NCBI RefSeq assembly: GCF_009914755.1
Contig: NC_060929.1
Reading direction: 5' to 3' (one strand)
Length of the DNA: 64,000 nt
Origin: the human T2T-CHM13v2.0 reference genome, Homo sapiens
Below the pieces are notes generated by a model. The model saw only the letters and a list, made by a program, of their open reading frames with translations, was not told the origin of the DNA and did no database searches. The translations under genes were made by a program, and so were the position numbers. This document shows positions 29,336 to 42,750 of the stretch, piece after piece; the first letter of the stretch is position 1; every line of letters starts with the position of its first letter.

Positions 29336-29839
29336 GCCACAGGTTAAGTGAGAAATGTTAATTTCTCTCTCCTCTAATGTTGTGACTTCAGTTAGTGTCC
29401 AACCTAGAAGTACTTAACTTAAAAAAAATGGAAAGAAATTATATATATTAGGTTGTAGGAATTTTATAAAATTCAGAAAAACCGAAATTCTTGTAATTCC
29501 TAGGGAGGAAACATGATGTTTTATCTCTCTCTGCTTTTCTCTGTGTACATACGCAATTTATTTTTTAAAAGCTAGTTTATATCATATTAAACAGACAATA
29601 TTCTGCATTTTCACATAATATATGGATTATATAATTATATATCATATAATTATATTTTACAACGTAATTTTAATCATCTTATAAATGTGCCAAAAGTATA
29701 ATTAACCAAGCTGTTGTTAGTAATTGTTGAGGTTTTTTCTAACATTTCAGTAGTACAAGTAATGCCAAATTACAAATCTTTGTAGGGGTATCTGTACATA
29801 GGATAATTTCTTTTAATTGGGCTTGCTTGAGTATAAGAA

Positions 29840-30190
29840 TTGCCTTTGTCCATTTTCTGCTACTATAACAAAATACCTGAGACTGGGTAATTTATAATGA
29901 ACAGAAATTTATTGGTTCATAGTTATAGGAGCTGAGACGTCCAAGAGCATGGCACCAGCATCTGGTGAGGGCCTTCTTATTGTGTCATCCCAAGGTGGAA
30001 GGAGGAAGGACAGGAGACGGCCAGAGCAAGCAAGGGATCAAATTTGTAGCCTCAGGCTTTTTAATAAAACACATTAATCCATTACTGAGGGTGGAACGTG
30101 AATACCTCCCATTAGGCTGCAGCTCCCAACACTGTTGCATTGGGGATTAAATTTCCGACACAGGCTTTTGGGGGACATACTCAAATCGTG
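29840..30190 (-). mobile_element. MaLR LTR (MST/MLT1A-like)
   Basis: CTATAACAAAATACCTGAGACTGGGTAATTTATAATGAACAGAAATTTATT...GCATCTGGTGAGGGCC. Confidence 0.8.
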
Positions 30191-30311
30191 GTAAACATTT
30201 TAAAGACTTATATGTCCTCACTGACCCTACAATATTATTTTAAAATATCATTGCCTATTTTTATAGTACTCTTGTGTTTATTTCTATTTCTTTGATCATT
30301 TGATATACTAA

Positions 30312-30634
<323 letters not shown>

Positions 30635-31794
30635 AGAACATTTTTCTATGTATTTATTAGTCCTTCATATTTTTTCTCATGTTAATTGCCAGTACTTATG
30701 CAAGATACCGGGAAAGCTTTTTGACAGGAAGAAGTAAGTTTCTTTCTCCTGTAAGCAAGTCCTGAGGCTGTATAACACTCCAAATTAAAAGGCTATTTCA
30801 AAATGGTTTCCCTACTGTAGTGCAGTGGGAACTTCGAGAGCAGAATCTAAAGGAGTGCTTGGTGTTTCTCATCCCTGGCAGCACATACCAAAGCTTGGGC
30901 ACTACCCACAGATTCTTTCTTGGTGTTTTAAAAGCTCCTCGGAGTACTAAAGGGATTCTGCAGTGTAACAACTAAGCTCAGAAACTTAGTCCCGTGGCTG
31001 CATCACAACATTTGTTTTTCCATATACAGGGGCCAGAGTTTTAACTTAGAATATTCCGTTTCCTCAGTAGAAGGTTATATTTTACAATAATATTATTTAA
31101 CAATTGCTCTACTATTATTCCGTGAGGGCATCTTAATTGAATGCCCTTTGCGGGTTAATTTAAAATCACTTTTTAAAATAATGTTTAATGAACACCTATG
31201 TAGAAAACATTGTGATATACACCATGAGATATGAGACAAAATCAGGTGAGGGCTCTTCCCTTGGGATTTTAATAGTCAGGAATGGGATAAGAGGTGTATA
31301 CACACAGGTACAAAATGTGTTTGTGCCATAAAAGATGTAGGAACAATGAAGGGAAAAGGAGATGAATTGATTCTAGGTGGGTTGCTGGATTACTTCATGG
31401 GAATTTATGTTTAAGCCAAACCATGATTTGGGCCAGTAGAGCAATTAATCATCCTTTACTTTAAAAAATTGTTTCAGTTTATAAAGCTTGTTCATAATAC
31501 ATAATGATCCTTATTACAGCTCTGCAAGATAAGTCAGTTATTCCCATTTTATAGATGAAGGAGTAGTCAAGCCTTAGAAAAGTTAAATGACTTTTCCAGC
31601 GTTATCAAGCTACAAAGTGAAAGATTCAGAACTTGAACCTAAGTCTTCAATCTCCATATGCTGGAGCCTTCTAAAGTATCTCAGTAGAGTAGCGAAGAGC
31701 TATATGAGTAAGAAACTATAAGTTTTAGAAAGGGCTGATAGTTAATTTTATTATTAGGATGGAAGTTCTGAAATAGTTGGAGATAAAGCTATAG

Positions 31795-32325
31795 TATGGT
31801 CAGCAGAATAATGGCTCCCTACAAATGTCTGCTTCCTAGTCCCCAGAATCTATGAATATGTTAGGTTATGTGACAAAAGGGAATTAAAATGGCTAATGAG
31901 GTAACTTTAAAATAGGAAGATCATCCTGGATTATTGACGTGGGCCAAATGTAAGGGTCTTTAAAGAGGTTACTTAAGAGTGGAAGAGGGAGGCAGAAAAA
32001 TGAGAGTCAGAGAAGGAGATTTGAGAAGGGGCAAGGTCAGTCCTGCAGAATGAGAAAGACTCAGTCCACCATTGCTTGCTCTGAAGATGGAAGTGAAGTG
32101 CTATGAACCATAAAATACAGTGGATCTGTAGAAGCCAGAAAGGATAAGGAAACAGATTCCCCCTTAGAGCCTCTAGAAAGAAGTGCAGCCCTGCAGACAC
32201 CTTGGTTTTAGCCTAGTGAGACCCATTTTAGACTTCTGACCTACAAAACTGTAAGTTATCAAATGTGTGTTTTAAGACACTAAATTTGTGGTAATTTGTT
32301 TTGGCAGCCATAGGACATTTAATAC
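31795..32325 (+). mobile_element. MaLR LTR (MLT1D-like)
   Basis: GCAGAATAATGGCTCCC...GAATATGTTAGGTTA...ACAGATTCCCCCTTAGAGCCTCTAGAA...CACTAAATTTGTGGTAATTTGTT. Confidence 0.82.
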
Positions 32326-32618
32326 GCCTAGGAACTATTTTATTGTAGGAAGACTAATTAACATGACCTCAGGGCACTCCATGACTAAACTCCAAACTGT
32401 CTCTGTTCCACTGTCAGCAGTAGAAAGACATGGAATGTTCTTGAGCAAAAGTGTGAAGAACTATTTTGGTGTTTGCTGATTAGAGAGGATATTGGTGAGA
32501 GGAAAATTAATTAAGATTCTATTAGATGCTAGGAACACTTCTTTTGAGACTCACTCCTTGAGGTAACATAGAACATACTGGTAAGTCTTGCCCGTAGAAG
32601 ACTATGAATATATCTCCC

Positions 32619-32773
32619 AGTCCTGTGTGGCTGCTCACGTCTGTAATCACAGCACCTTGCGAGGCCAAGGCAGGAGGATCACCTGAGGTTAGGAGTTCGA
32701 GGTTACAGGGAGCTGTGCTTATGCCACTGCACTCCAGCCTGGGTGACAGAGCAAGACCTCGTCCCTGAAAAAA
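32619..32773 (+). mobile_element. Alu monomer (FRAM/FLAM-like)
   Basis: Single arm ending CCAGCCTGGGTGACAGAGCAAGACC. Confidence 0.78.
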
Positions 32774-33349
32774 TGGGAGATGGTTAGGTGGATGGATAGA
32801 CAGACAGACATATAGATAAAGATAGACACGTGGGTCAAGATCTCCCACTTAGTTTATACATCACTGAAAATCTCATTGCCATTGTAACATTTCACCTCGT
32901 TCTCGTATCCCATGAAAAATACAGAACCAGTTAGGCACACATCTAACTTATCTCTTCTTAGGCTTTTCCATCGTACCATAACTAACTATAAGATCCGAAC
33001 ACTGAAAGGTTTCTAAATCTGAGCTTTATTTGATGCCTTAGTACCTGTAGAAGTTAAATTTATACTAGTAACTGTTTTTTCAATGCATAATTATTATTTT
33101 GAAAGAAAAAAAAAGCTTGTTGATATCTGTAGGCATAACTCTATTCTATGTCTAAGGTCTTCGGTAAAGAGAGACGATTAAGTTTATCAGTAAAGCACCA
33201 GAGTCAATTAAGGCGACTGAAAGGAGCACTAATTTTAATTCATTTTACACTAGTTAATATTGTCAATATTCTTCTTGTCAGTTTTTTAAACCAAAAGTCT
33301 TAAATTAGGCCAAAAGTGCCTAGGTAAAAATGGAATGGAAAGGGTTTTC

Positions 33350-33510
<161 letters not shown>

Positions 33511-33710
33511 TAAGACATTAAGAATCCTATTAATCCTATTTAGTCATTTTTTTTTGTAGCTGCAGAAGGTTCAGAAGGGTTTTTTAAGTTGAATTATATG
33601 TTCATATTTACAACATTTACATATGAAACCATTTACTAAAAGCAATGAAGCTGGTTATAACAAACACTGATACTGAAAATAAGAGATATGTTTGTCAGTG
33701 CGGTCTTTAA

Positions 33711-34050
<340 letters not shown>

Positions 34051-35207
34051 AGAAAATATTTTTAATGCATACATATATATATATATATATATGTGTATGT
34101 AGTGTAAATAACATCTTCAATCAAATAGAGATGGCAGGAGCTTTATTCTGAGCTATGTGCAAACTTGATAAGACAAGGTAATGCTTCAGTAATTTTCCAT
34201 GCTGAAATTTGGCCCAGTATACTTTGATTATATATCTATATTTAATTATAGTTTTAAAATAGCTAAGCAGTTTTAAAAATTCAAATTAAACTTTTGTGGA
34301 ATCTCTAAAAATAAGAAAAATATTACTGAGTAATTGGCAACATAAAATACAAAATGTTTAACTTGGCTTTCTTTTAGATTTGAAGCATAGTGACTAATGA
34401 ACATATAATGGTCGTAGCTTTCTTTACAACTATGTCATTTAAGTCACTGATGAATATCTATGATACATGCAGTAAAAATTTAGACAAACATTTTGGCTAC
34501 AAACTGGTTTACTAAATAATAGCTTGTATCATAGTCTGAGTCAAGAGTAATAGGCTTACAATTGTGTCTTAGGGTACTAAGAAGTTCTTTTGAGGACCTT
34601 TTAAAAGGTATTCTTTGTTTTGAAAGACTGTTTTCCTTCTGGAAGTTCTAGGCCTTATGAGAAATTACCTATTCTGAATTTGTCACAAAAAATGACTTGT
34701 AAATAAGTCCTGTGCAGTGAATCATGTGCTTTCAGTAAGAGGATTTTGAAAGCCTTTTGTAAAATGAAGTCATTCTCAAAAGAGAGTTATTTAGAATATA
34801 ATCAAATTGATTTACATGCTTTTATTTATTTCAAATATGAAGGGAAATTGTTTCTAAATATATTTAAACTTTTAATAGAACAGTAGTATGCCATCAGTGT
34901 GGAAATAACTCACTTGTTAAATAAATATTTGGGGTGTATTTGCTGTATATCAGGCATTGTAACACAGGGACTAATGAAAGAGAAAAAAAACAAAGCACGA
35001 AAGGACAGCAGAAATAGCTCCATAATCTCACTTTCCAGGAATAACCTCTATGGACATTTTGTTGTGTGTCTATTGCTTTTCTAATATATACATTTTTTAA
35101 TCAAATGGAATTGCCTCAAATATGCTATTTAATAGCTTGCTTCTTTTCATACTATTTGAAAATTAAGAAACGATTATAATATGCTTCATTTAAAAACTTT
35201 AAGTTTA

Positions 35208-35529
<322 letters not shown>

Positions 35530-35719
35530 TTAAATAGATAATAGAAACTGGTTTCCCCCCATTTAAACCAGAATTTAAGTTTAACTTTATATATTCTTGA
35601 CAGTTTGGATTTTGTCCTTCAACCTCATAAAATTGGGAATTTAAGCATCACCTGGTTCGATTTAAATGCAATGTAGAATTTGCATTAAAATACTACATTA
35701 AAGCCTCAGATTTGTAGTA

Positions 35720-35930
35720 GCTAACAGCACTTCTATGTATGTGTCAGGGACTGCTCTAAATACTTCATATATATTAACTCCTCTATTCTGTACTTCTGTT
35801 CCCGTTTTATACAGCAGGAAATTGAAACACTGAGAGGTTAAGTAACTAAAGTTACAGAGCTAGAGTGACAGGAGTAAAGCTTCAACTCAGGCAACCCAGA
35901 CTTCCAGAGTTCTGATCTCCACTACTAAGC
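35720..35930 (-). mobile_element. MIR
   Basis: CCCGTTTTATACAGCAGGAAATTGAAACACTGAGAGGTTAAGTAACT MIR core. Confidence 0.7.
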
Positions 35931-36149
35931 TGCTAGCATAGCTTTTCTGGTAACTATTTTTAATTCAAATATAATTCGAGTGATCTATCTAACAAGTCAT
36001 CACTCTGACAACTCAGTGACTTGTAATGTAAAATTATTCATTGTAATTCATTTAATATTATTGTTTCTCTGTGCTGCAAAAATCATAGCAATCGAGATGT
36101 AATTTATTACTCTCCCTCCCACCTCCGGCATCTTGTGCTAATCCTTCTG

Positions 36150-36700
36150 CCCTGCGGACCTCCCCCGACTCTTTACTATGCGTGTCAACTGCCATCAACT
36201 TCCTTGCTTGCTGGGGACTGGGGCCGCGAGGGCATACCCCCGAGGGGTACGGGGCTAGGGCTAGGCAGGCTGTGCGGTTGGGCGGGGCCCTGTGCCCCAC
36301 TGCGGAGTGCGGGTCGGGAAGCGGAGAGAGAAGCAGCTGTGTAATCCGCTGGATGCGGACCAGGGCGCTCCCCATTCCCGTCGGGAGCCCGCCGATTGGC
36401 TGGGTGTGGGCGCACGTGACCGACATGTGGCTGTATTGGTGCAGCCCGCCAGGGTGTCACTGGAGACAGAATGGAGGTGCTGCCGGACTCGGAAATGGGG
36501 TAGGTGCTGGAGCCACCATGGCCAGGCTTGCTGCGGGGGGAGGGGGGAAGGTGGTTTTCCCTCGCACTGTCTTAAACCGATGGCCTTTCCTTGGCACAGG
36601 GTCCACTGCAGCATGCCAAACGAGGAGGCAGGGGCGTCGTCCCCCCGCCCCCCACTGCAGCACTGGAGATGGATTTCCTGTACTTCGGATCCAGGGTTTT
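36150..36700 (+). promoter_or_regulatory. APC: APC promoter 1A CpG-rich region (commonly hypermethylated in tumours)
   Basis: CpG cluster. GC box GGGCGGGG 36280-36287, inverted CCAAT boxes ATTGG 36395-36399 and 36435-36439, E-box CACGTGAC 36413-36420 (USF-type). Confidence 0.92.
36433..36499 (+). other. APC: APC exon 1A (5' UTR first exon of the canonical transcript)
   Basis: GTATTGGTGCAG...GGAAATGGG followed by donor GTAGGT at 36500. Joined to 53454 it gives the recognised APC mRNA leader ...GGAAATGGGGTCCAAGGGTAGCCAAGGATG. 5' end approximate. Confidence 0.9.
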
Positions 36701-36926
36701 TGACAGAAGAGGAAGAAGGGGGAGGGGTAGAAGTGTTAAGGGGAGTCTGCTGAGAAAAGCTGTTTTTGAAGCCAGAAGGGGTTTTTGTTTTTATAATGCC
36801 ATTTGACAGAGTGGAATAACAGTATCTAAGGAAACGGGTAGAGGACAACAAAGAATGGAGCATATTCATGGCGAGGAGCAAAAGCTCTACCCCATTGAAA
36901 GGCTTCTTTTCCTCCCTGGCGACAAG

Positions 36927-37034
36927 GACACATGCATTGGTGGCCAAAAGAGAGAGGAGACAAAACCGCTGCAGATGGCTGATGTGAATCTAGTGGAAAG
37001 AGCTACTGGGGATGAGAGAAAGAGGAGGAGGCAG
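36927..37034 (+). other. APC: APC alternative 108-nt 5' exon (brain-type/BS region); can encode MADVNLVERATGDERKRRRQ from ATG 36975
   Basis: Pyrimidine tract CTTCTTTTCCTCCCT...CAAG|G acceptor, purine-rich body, CAG|GTACTG donor at 37035. ATG 36975 to 37034 is 60 nt (phase 0). Matches my recall of an annotated APC UTR exon. Confidence 0.75.
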
Positions 37035-38150
37035 GTACTGCAGAGCGTGAGTGGTGGTGTTGGTTGGTGAAATACTGGTCACCAGTAGTGTGCCTGCTTT
37101 TGTAAAACATCTAAGTAAACTCCCTGTGAACAGGGTGGCAAACAGGTACCAGTGTCTTTGTTAGTTACAAAATGCAGTGGTAGTGGCTTTTTGCGGACGA
37201 CTGCAGCAGTGCTTTTTCTCCCTCTGTTAGGCTGAAAAGACAACTGCAGAGGAATAAGAAACCTTGCAGCAAATGCTGGGGTAGAAGCCCATTTACAAGA
37301 AGCCATAGTTTATAAATGCAGCCTGAACAGCAGAAAAAAAATTACTGTTTTTTAAAGTAGGAATAATGTCAGGCTATGAATGTTTTGTCATTGGAATGTA
37401 TTGGACACTTTGATTCTACATCACGAAAGTGATGCTCAAATTCTTTGATTTAACATAAATCCTATACGAAATCTTAATAAATTATGTATGAAACAGTGGA
37501 TCTTTTCTTTTGTTAGTGAAGCTTTTATGCCATTAATTAGGTCATTCAAGAGCAAACCACTTTACAACGTAAATTACTTTGTCAAAAATTATGGTGAAGA
37601 AATTTTTGTAGGCCTAATATTTAAGACCTATAGTTAAGTAATTTTATATTTCTCTTTGGTTGCTTTTAGATAACACTGAATAAATATTTAAGATATTAAT
37701 TCAGTGTGCAAATATTTTAAATTAAAGCAACATGGCTTTTCTTCTAGATGTATTTCTGTTTAGTGAGTACTCATGAGATATACTCTTGATATAAAGTGTT
37801 TTTCATTGAGCTTTTTTTTCCTTTACCTAAATGTAAAAGCCTATCTTTATGCATACTTATAGTAGCCAGCCTGCCACACCTCCCCACTCCCTGAACAAGG
37901 ATGGCAGTGGCTTTGTAAAGCCCTCCAGGGTCAGTGACAGTGTCTCTTAAATAATGTTTATGTAATAGAAAGTCTTAAGATGACCTATTATATTGTTTCA
38001 GTAATATTTTCAAGATAATGCGGAATTGGGCTGGCTTAGATAAATAAGACTACATAAGTTTTTCACTGATAAATTTAAATAGTTCTTTAAAAAATTATTT
38101 CTGCTTTAAGAATTACTTGATCATGGATATCAGGGTTAATAGTACTTAGG

Positions 38151-38285
38151 AGCCGGGCGTGGTGGCCCATGCCTGTAATACAAGCTAAACAGGAGGCTGA
38201 GGGAAGCTGAGGCAGGAGGATCACTTGAGCCTTGGCGTTCAAGACCAGCCTGGGCAACCAAGCAAGACCCTATCTCAAAAAAAAG
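38151..38285 (+). mobile_element. Alu left monomer (FLAM-like)
   Basis: Single arm with A tail, flanked by AGTACTTAG duplication. Confidence 0.8.
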
Positions 38286-39073
38286 TACTTAGAGTCTCTT
38301 TTTTAAAATCTGATGGAAACTATGGCTAGAACTAAAGATGTCACATTAAAATTCCAAATGACATTTAACAGCTAATATTACTCAGTTCTTTGAATTCCAT
38401 TAGCATAGTGTTTGAGAGTCTATAAAACTATTATTTTTACATAAATTACCTTTTACCATTTTAACAGCTCATTGTAGCATTATTTTTATTTTAAATGTTA
38501 GAGACTCCTATTCAAGTATGTTGTGACTTTATCCAAGGTCAAATATTGTATAACAATGTAAAGAACTTAAGTCTTCTATTTTATTCTAATTCTATAAAAC
38601 TATAATGCCTTTTATTACATACATACAAAATAATATATAACAGAGGTAATTTGAAAAACAGTGTAAGTCACTGACAAATTATTCAAAAAATGAAAAGGCA
38701 ATCCTACTTGGTTGTGGATTTTTATCTACAATATAAGAATGCTTTAAAAAATACCTGGTGACTAAGCAAATGGAGAAGCAGCAGTTTTCATAATGACATT
38801 CATAAACGACTTTTTAAAGATCGTCTTATTAATCATATGAACACATTTAAGTAGAACAGTGTTAGATTGAGATGTTTTTCTGAATTAAATAAGAAATAAA
38901 GAACTAAAGTTTATTTCATTCCTCTTGTAGTATATCTAATCTATGACTGACCTATTGGCTTTAGTGGTCTTTGAAATTATTCACTGCTCTGATATGGCCT
39001 GAATTGTGCTGTTTAAGGAATTTAAAATTAAATATTCATAAATGTTTTATGAACTGAATTTAAGCTATTGAAG

Positions 39074-39391
39074 TTTTTGTTTTTTGTGTTTTTTTTTCTT
39101 TTTTTTTTTTTTTTTTGAGACAGGGTCTCACTTTGTCAACCCAGGCTGGCGTGCAGTAGCAAACATGGCTCACTTGCAGCTTCAACCTCGCAGGCTCAAG
39201 TGATGCTCCCACTTCAGCCCTCCAGGTAGCAGGGACTACAGGCACATACCACCGTGCACAGCTAATTTTTATATTTTTTGTAGAGATGGGGTTTCACCAT
39301 GTTGCCCAGGGTGGTCTCGAACTCCTGAGCTCAAATGATCCTCCCACCTCAGCCTCCCAAAGTGCTGGGATTTACAGGTGTGAGCCACCAT
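39074..39391 (-). mobile_element. Alu (AluJ-like)
   Basis: Antisense dimer flanked by TGAAGTTTTT on both sides. Confidence 0.92.
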
Positions 39392-39480
39392 GAAGTTTTT
39401 CCATTTGCATTAATTGCTCTGTAGATTTTACCATTTTTGTCTGTTTTATAAACTGTTACTCATTTTATGAAATTTAACCA

Positions 39481-39536
39481 ATCTTTTATACTTGTATATG
39501 TTTAAATGATCTTTTATACTTGTATATGTTTAAATG
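39481..39536. repeat. Perfect 28-bp tandem duplication
   Basis: ATCTTTTATACTTGTATATGTTTAAATG x2. Confidence 0.93.
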
Positions 39537-40179
39537 TTCTCTTCAATTTTGATCTCCCTTCTCCCCCTTTTCTTGTATTAGAATCTGAAACCTACCTATG
39601 CAGCACATAAAATGGGATAGAGTATTATGGTTCAGAAAAGATGGGTAATAGTTTAGGAAATATATTCACTACATATTTATTAGGATACCTTCTAAATATC
39701 ATCTTTGAAAAATGCTGGAGTCAAATAAGACACGTAAACTAATCTCTAAGAAAACTCATGGTAGAATTATGTGAAATTTCATTACAAGTTAAACACTGCT
39801 TTGGCTACTCCTAGGATATTTAAAGATTTATATAATCTAAGATATCCTCTAATTTAGAAGAATATGGTGGATTGCTGTTTGAAACACTGCTTTTTCATAA
39901 AATCTGCTTAGAGTCACAGAGAATTTTTGAAAACTAAATTACTTTTGAAGTACTAAGTATCTTGAATGTACAATGAGAACATTAGGTGAATAGGTATGTT
40001 CTCAAAAGTTGACTTTGTAAATCAAATCATACATCATCAGTTGATACAAGGTAAGCCTTCTCCCCTTTATTCTCACACCCTGCACCCACTCTTCTTGTGT
40101 GTTTAATATGCATAAATTCTTGAGAAATAGCATCATTTTGTGAGTCTGTTTTTTACAGTTAATGAGATTTTTAAAAAAA

Positions 40180-40690
40180 TTTTATTGTGATAAATATACA
40201 TAAAATTTACCATCTTAAGCACTTTTAATTGTACAGTTCTGTGGCATTAAGTTCATTCACATTGTTGTGCAACCATCACCACCACCCATCTCTAGAAATT
40301 TTTAATCTTCCCTAATTAAAACACTGTGCACATTAAACACTAACATGCCATTTTCCCCTCCCCCCAACCCTTGGCAACCACCACTCCACTTTTTGTCTCA
40401 AAGAATTTGACTATTCTGGGAACCTCTAATAAGAAAAACCATTTAATATTTATTCTTTTGCACCTGGCTTATTTCACTTAGCATAATGTCTCGAAGGTTC
40501 ATCCATACTGTAGCCATGTGTCAGAATTTCTTTCCTTTTTAGGTCTAAATGATGTTCCATTGCATGTATATGCCACATTTTGTTCATTCATCTGTCAGTG
40601 GACACTTCAGGTTGTTTCCACCTTTTGTCTATCATGAATAATGCTGCTATGAACGTGGGTGTGCAAGTGTCTGCTTGGGTTTTACTTTTT
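40180..40690 (-). mobile_element. L1MB-type 3' end
   Basis: AAAATTTACCATCTTAAGCAC...TTCACATTGTTGTGCAACCATCACC...CTGGCTTATTTCACTTAGCATAATG. Confidence 0.85.
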
Positions 40691-40929
40691 TTGTGTGTAC
40701 TCAAACCTGTGTTTTTAATTTACATAATTTTTGAACATTATTAACTCAATACTGTTTTTAAGATCTATCCATTTTACTTTATGTCCATCTAGTTTCTGAT
40801 GCTAACTCTGCTCTATAGTATTCTATAGTACCTATCACTGTTCCTCCAGTGAAGGCCGTAAGTTTTCTCCAAATCCCGTTAACCACAAACACCTTTATGA
40901 TATACATTCTTATACATATCTCCTTGGAC

Positions 40930-41970
40930 TATGTTATTTATGTATTTCTGTATAACAAATTGTACCAAAACTTAGTGGCTTAAACAGTTTCTGTGGGGCA
41001 AGAATTCAGGAATGTCTTAGTTGGATGGTCTGACTGAGGCAGGATCTCTTATGAAGTAGCAGTCACGATGTCAGTCACAGATACAGTCATCTGAAGGGCT
41101 TGACTAGACTGACGGATCTTCTTCCAAGATGGCTAACTCACATAGTCTCAGTTTTTCATTGGCTATTGGCAAGAGACCTCAGTTCCTTGTCACGTGGGCC
41201 TCTCCATGGGGCTGCTTGAATGTCTTCATGACATAGCAGCTGGCTTCCCTCAATGATTCTAACAGAAAGGCCATTTATGACCTAGACTCAGAAGCCACAC
41301 ACCATTGCTTCTGCTGTATTCTCTTTATTAGATATGAGTCACTAAGTCCAGCCCACCAAAGAGAGGAATTAGGATCCACCTCTTAAAGGAGTAGGGTCAA
41401 AGAATTTATGATATATTTTAAGATCATTACATCGACCAGTGAAACAGTTTCACTGGATTTATCCCTAGGAGAGGGATCACTGGATAATAAGGGCATTGTT
41501 TCCTATTGCTGTTGTAACAAATTAACACAAACTTAGTGGTTTAAGAGAACACAAATGTATTATCTTGCAGTCCTGGAGATCAGACACGGTTTTCACTGGA
41601 CCAAAATCAAGATATCAGTGGCTCTGCGTCTCCTCTAGAGATTCTATTGAAGAATCCATTTTCTTGCTTTTCTTCAGCTTCTTGCATTCCTTGTCTCATG
41701 GCCTCTTTCTCCATCTTCAGTGCCAGCAGCATTCTAAATCTCTCTCTGAATCTGACCCTCTGCTGCTCTTGTCACATATTCTTCTCTGACCCTTCTGCCT
41801 CCTTCTTAAAAGAACCTTTGTGATTACATTGGGTCCACCCAGATAATCCAGGAAAATCAGCTTCAAGATCTTTAACTTAATCACATCTGCAAAGTTCCTT
41901 TAGCCACATAAGGTAACACATTCATAAGTTTTGGGGACTAGGATTTGGCCATCTTTGTGGGGCCATACAC
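40930..41970 (-). mobile_element. Two MLT1 MaLR LTRs (~40930-41435 and ~41497-41970)
   Basis: Both start ...TAACAAATT...AAACTTAGTGG(C/T)TTAA. The second has TTGTGATTACATTGGGTCCACCCAGATAATCCAGG. Confidence 0.78.
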
Positions 41971-42441
41971 AGGCATACTCATCTGGTTCTCCATTTTTTT
42001 AAGCTGAAGGATTTTTTTAGTTATTTTTACTTTTGCGAATGTGTGTTACTTTCTTTTGGTAATTTCAGATTTTCATTTACCAAGTTTATTTAAAGCATAG
42101 TATAATATATAATGATCACCAAGATGGTAAGCAGATATTCATTGTTCAATTAGATTCTTGATTTTATCATCACTTAATTTATATCAGTGTATCAGCTACT
42201 TCTGACATAGTCTGTAATAGAAACTGAGAAACGTTAAAGCAACACAGCCTTATTAAATTTCTCTTTGTATCTTTTAGACTCGTTATAACACCAGTTCTGT
42301 GGGCGCTTTGTTGAAACTTGATCTGTCATTGTCTTACCAGTCATTGAACTTAGGGCCACTCTAATCCAGTATGACCTCATCTCAAACTTGATCCATTTAT
42401 GAAGACTCTGTCCTCAAATAAGGTCACATTTGACATGACAT

Positions 42442-42750
<309 letters not shown>

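Noticed and set aside
36261-36947. 228-aa antisense ORF over promoter 1A
   Set aside because: Low-complexity, no recognisable domain, and expected in GC-rich sequence. No supporting transcript signals seen.
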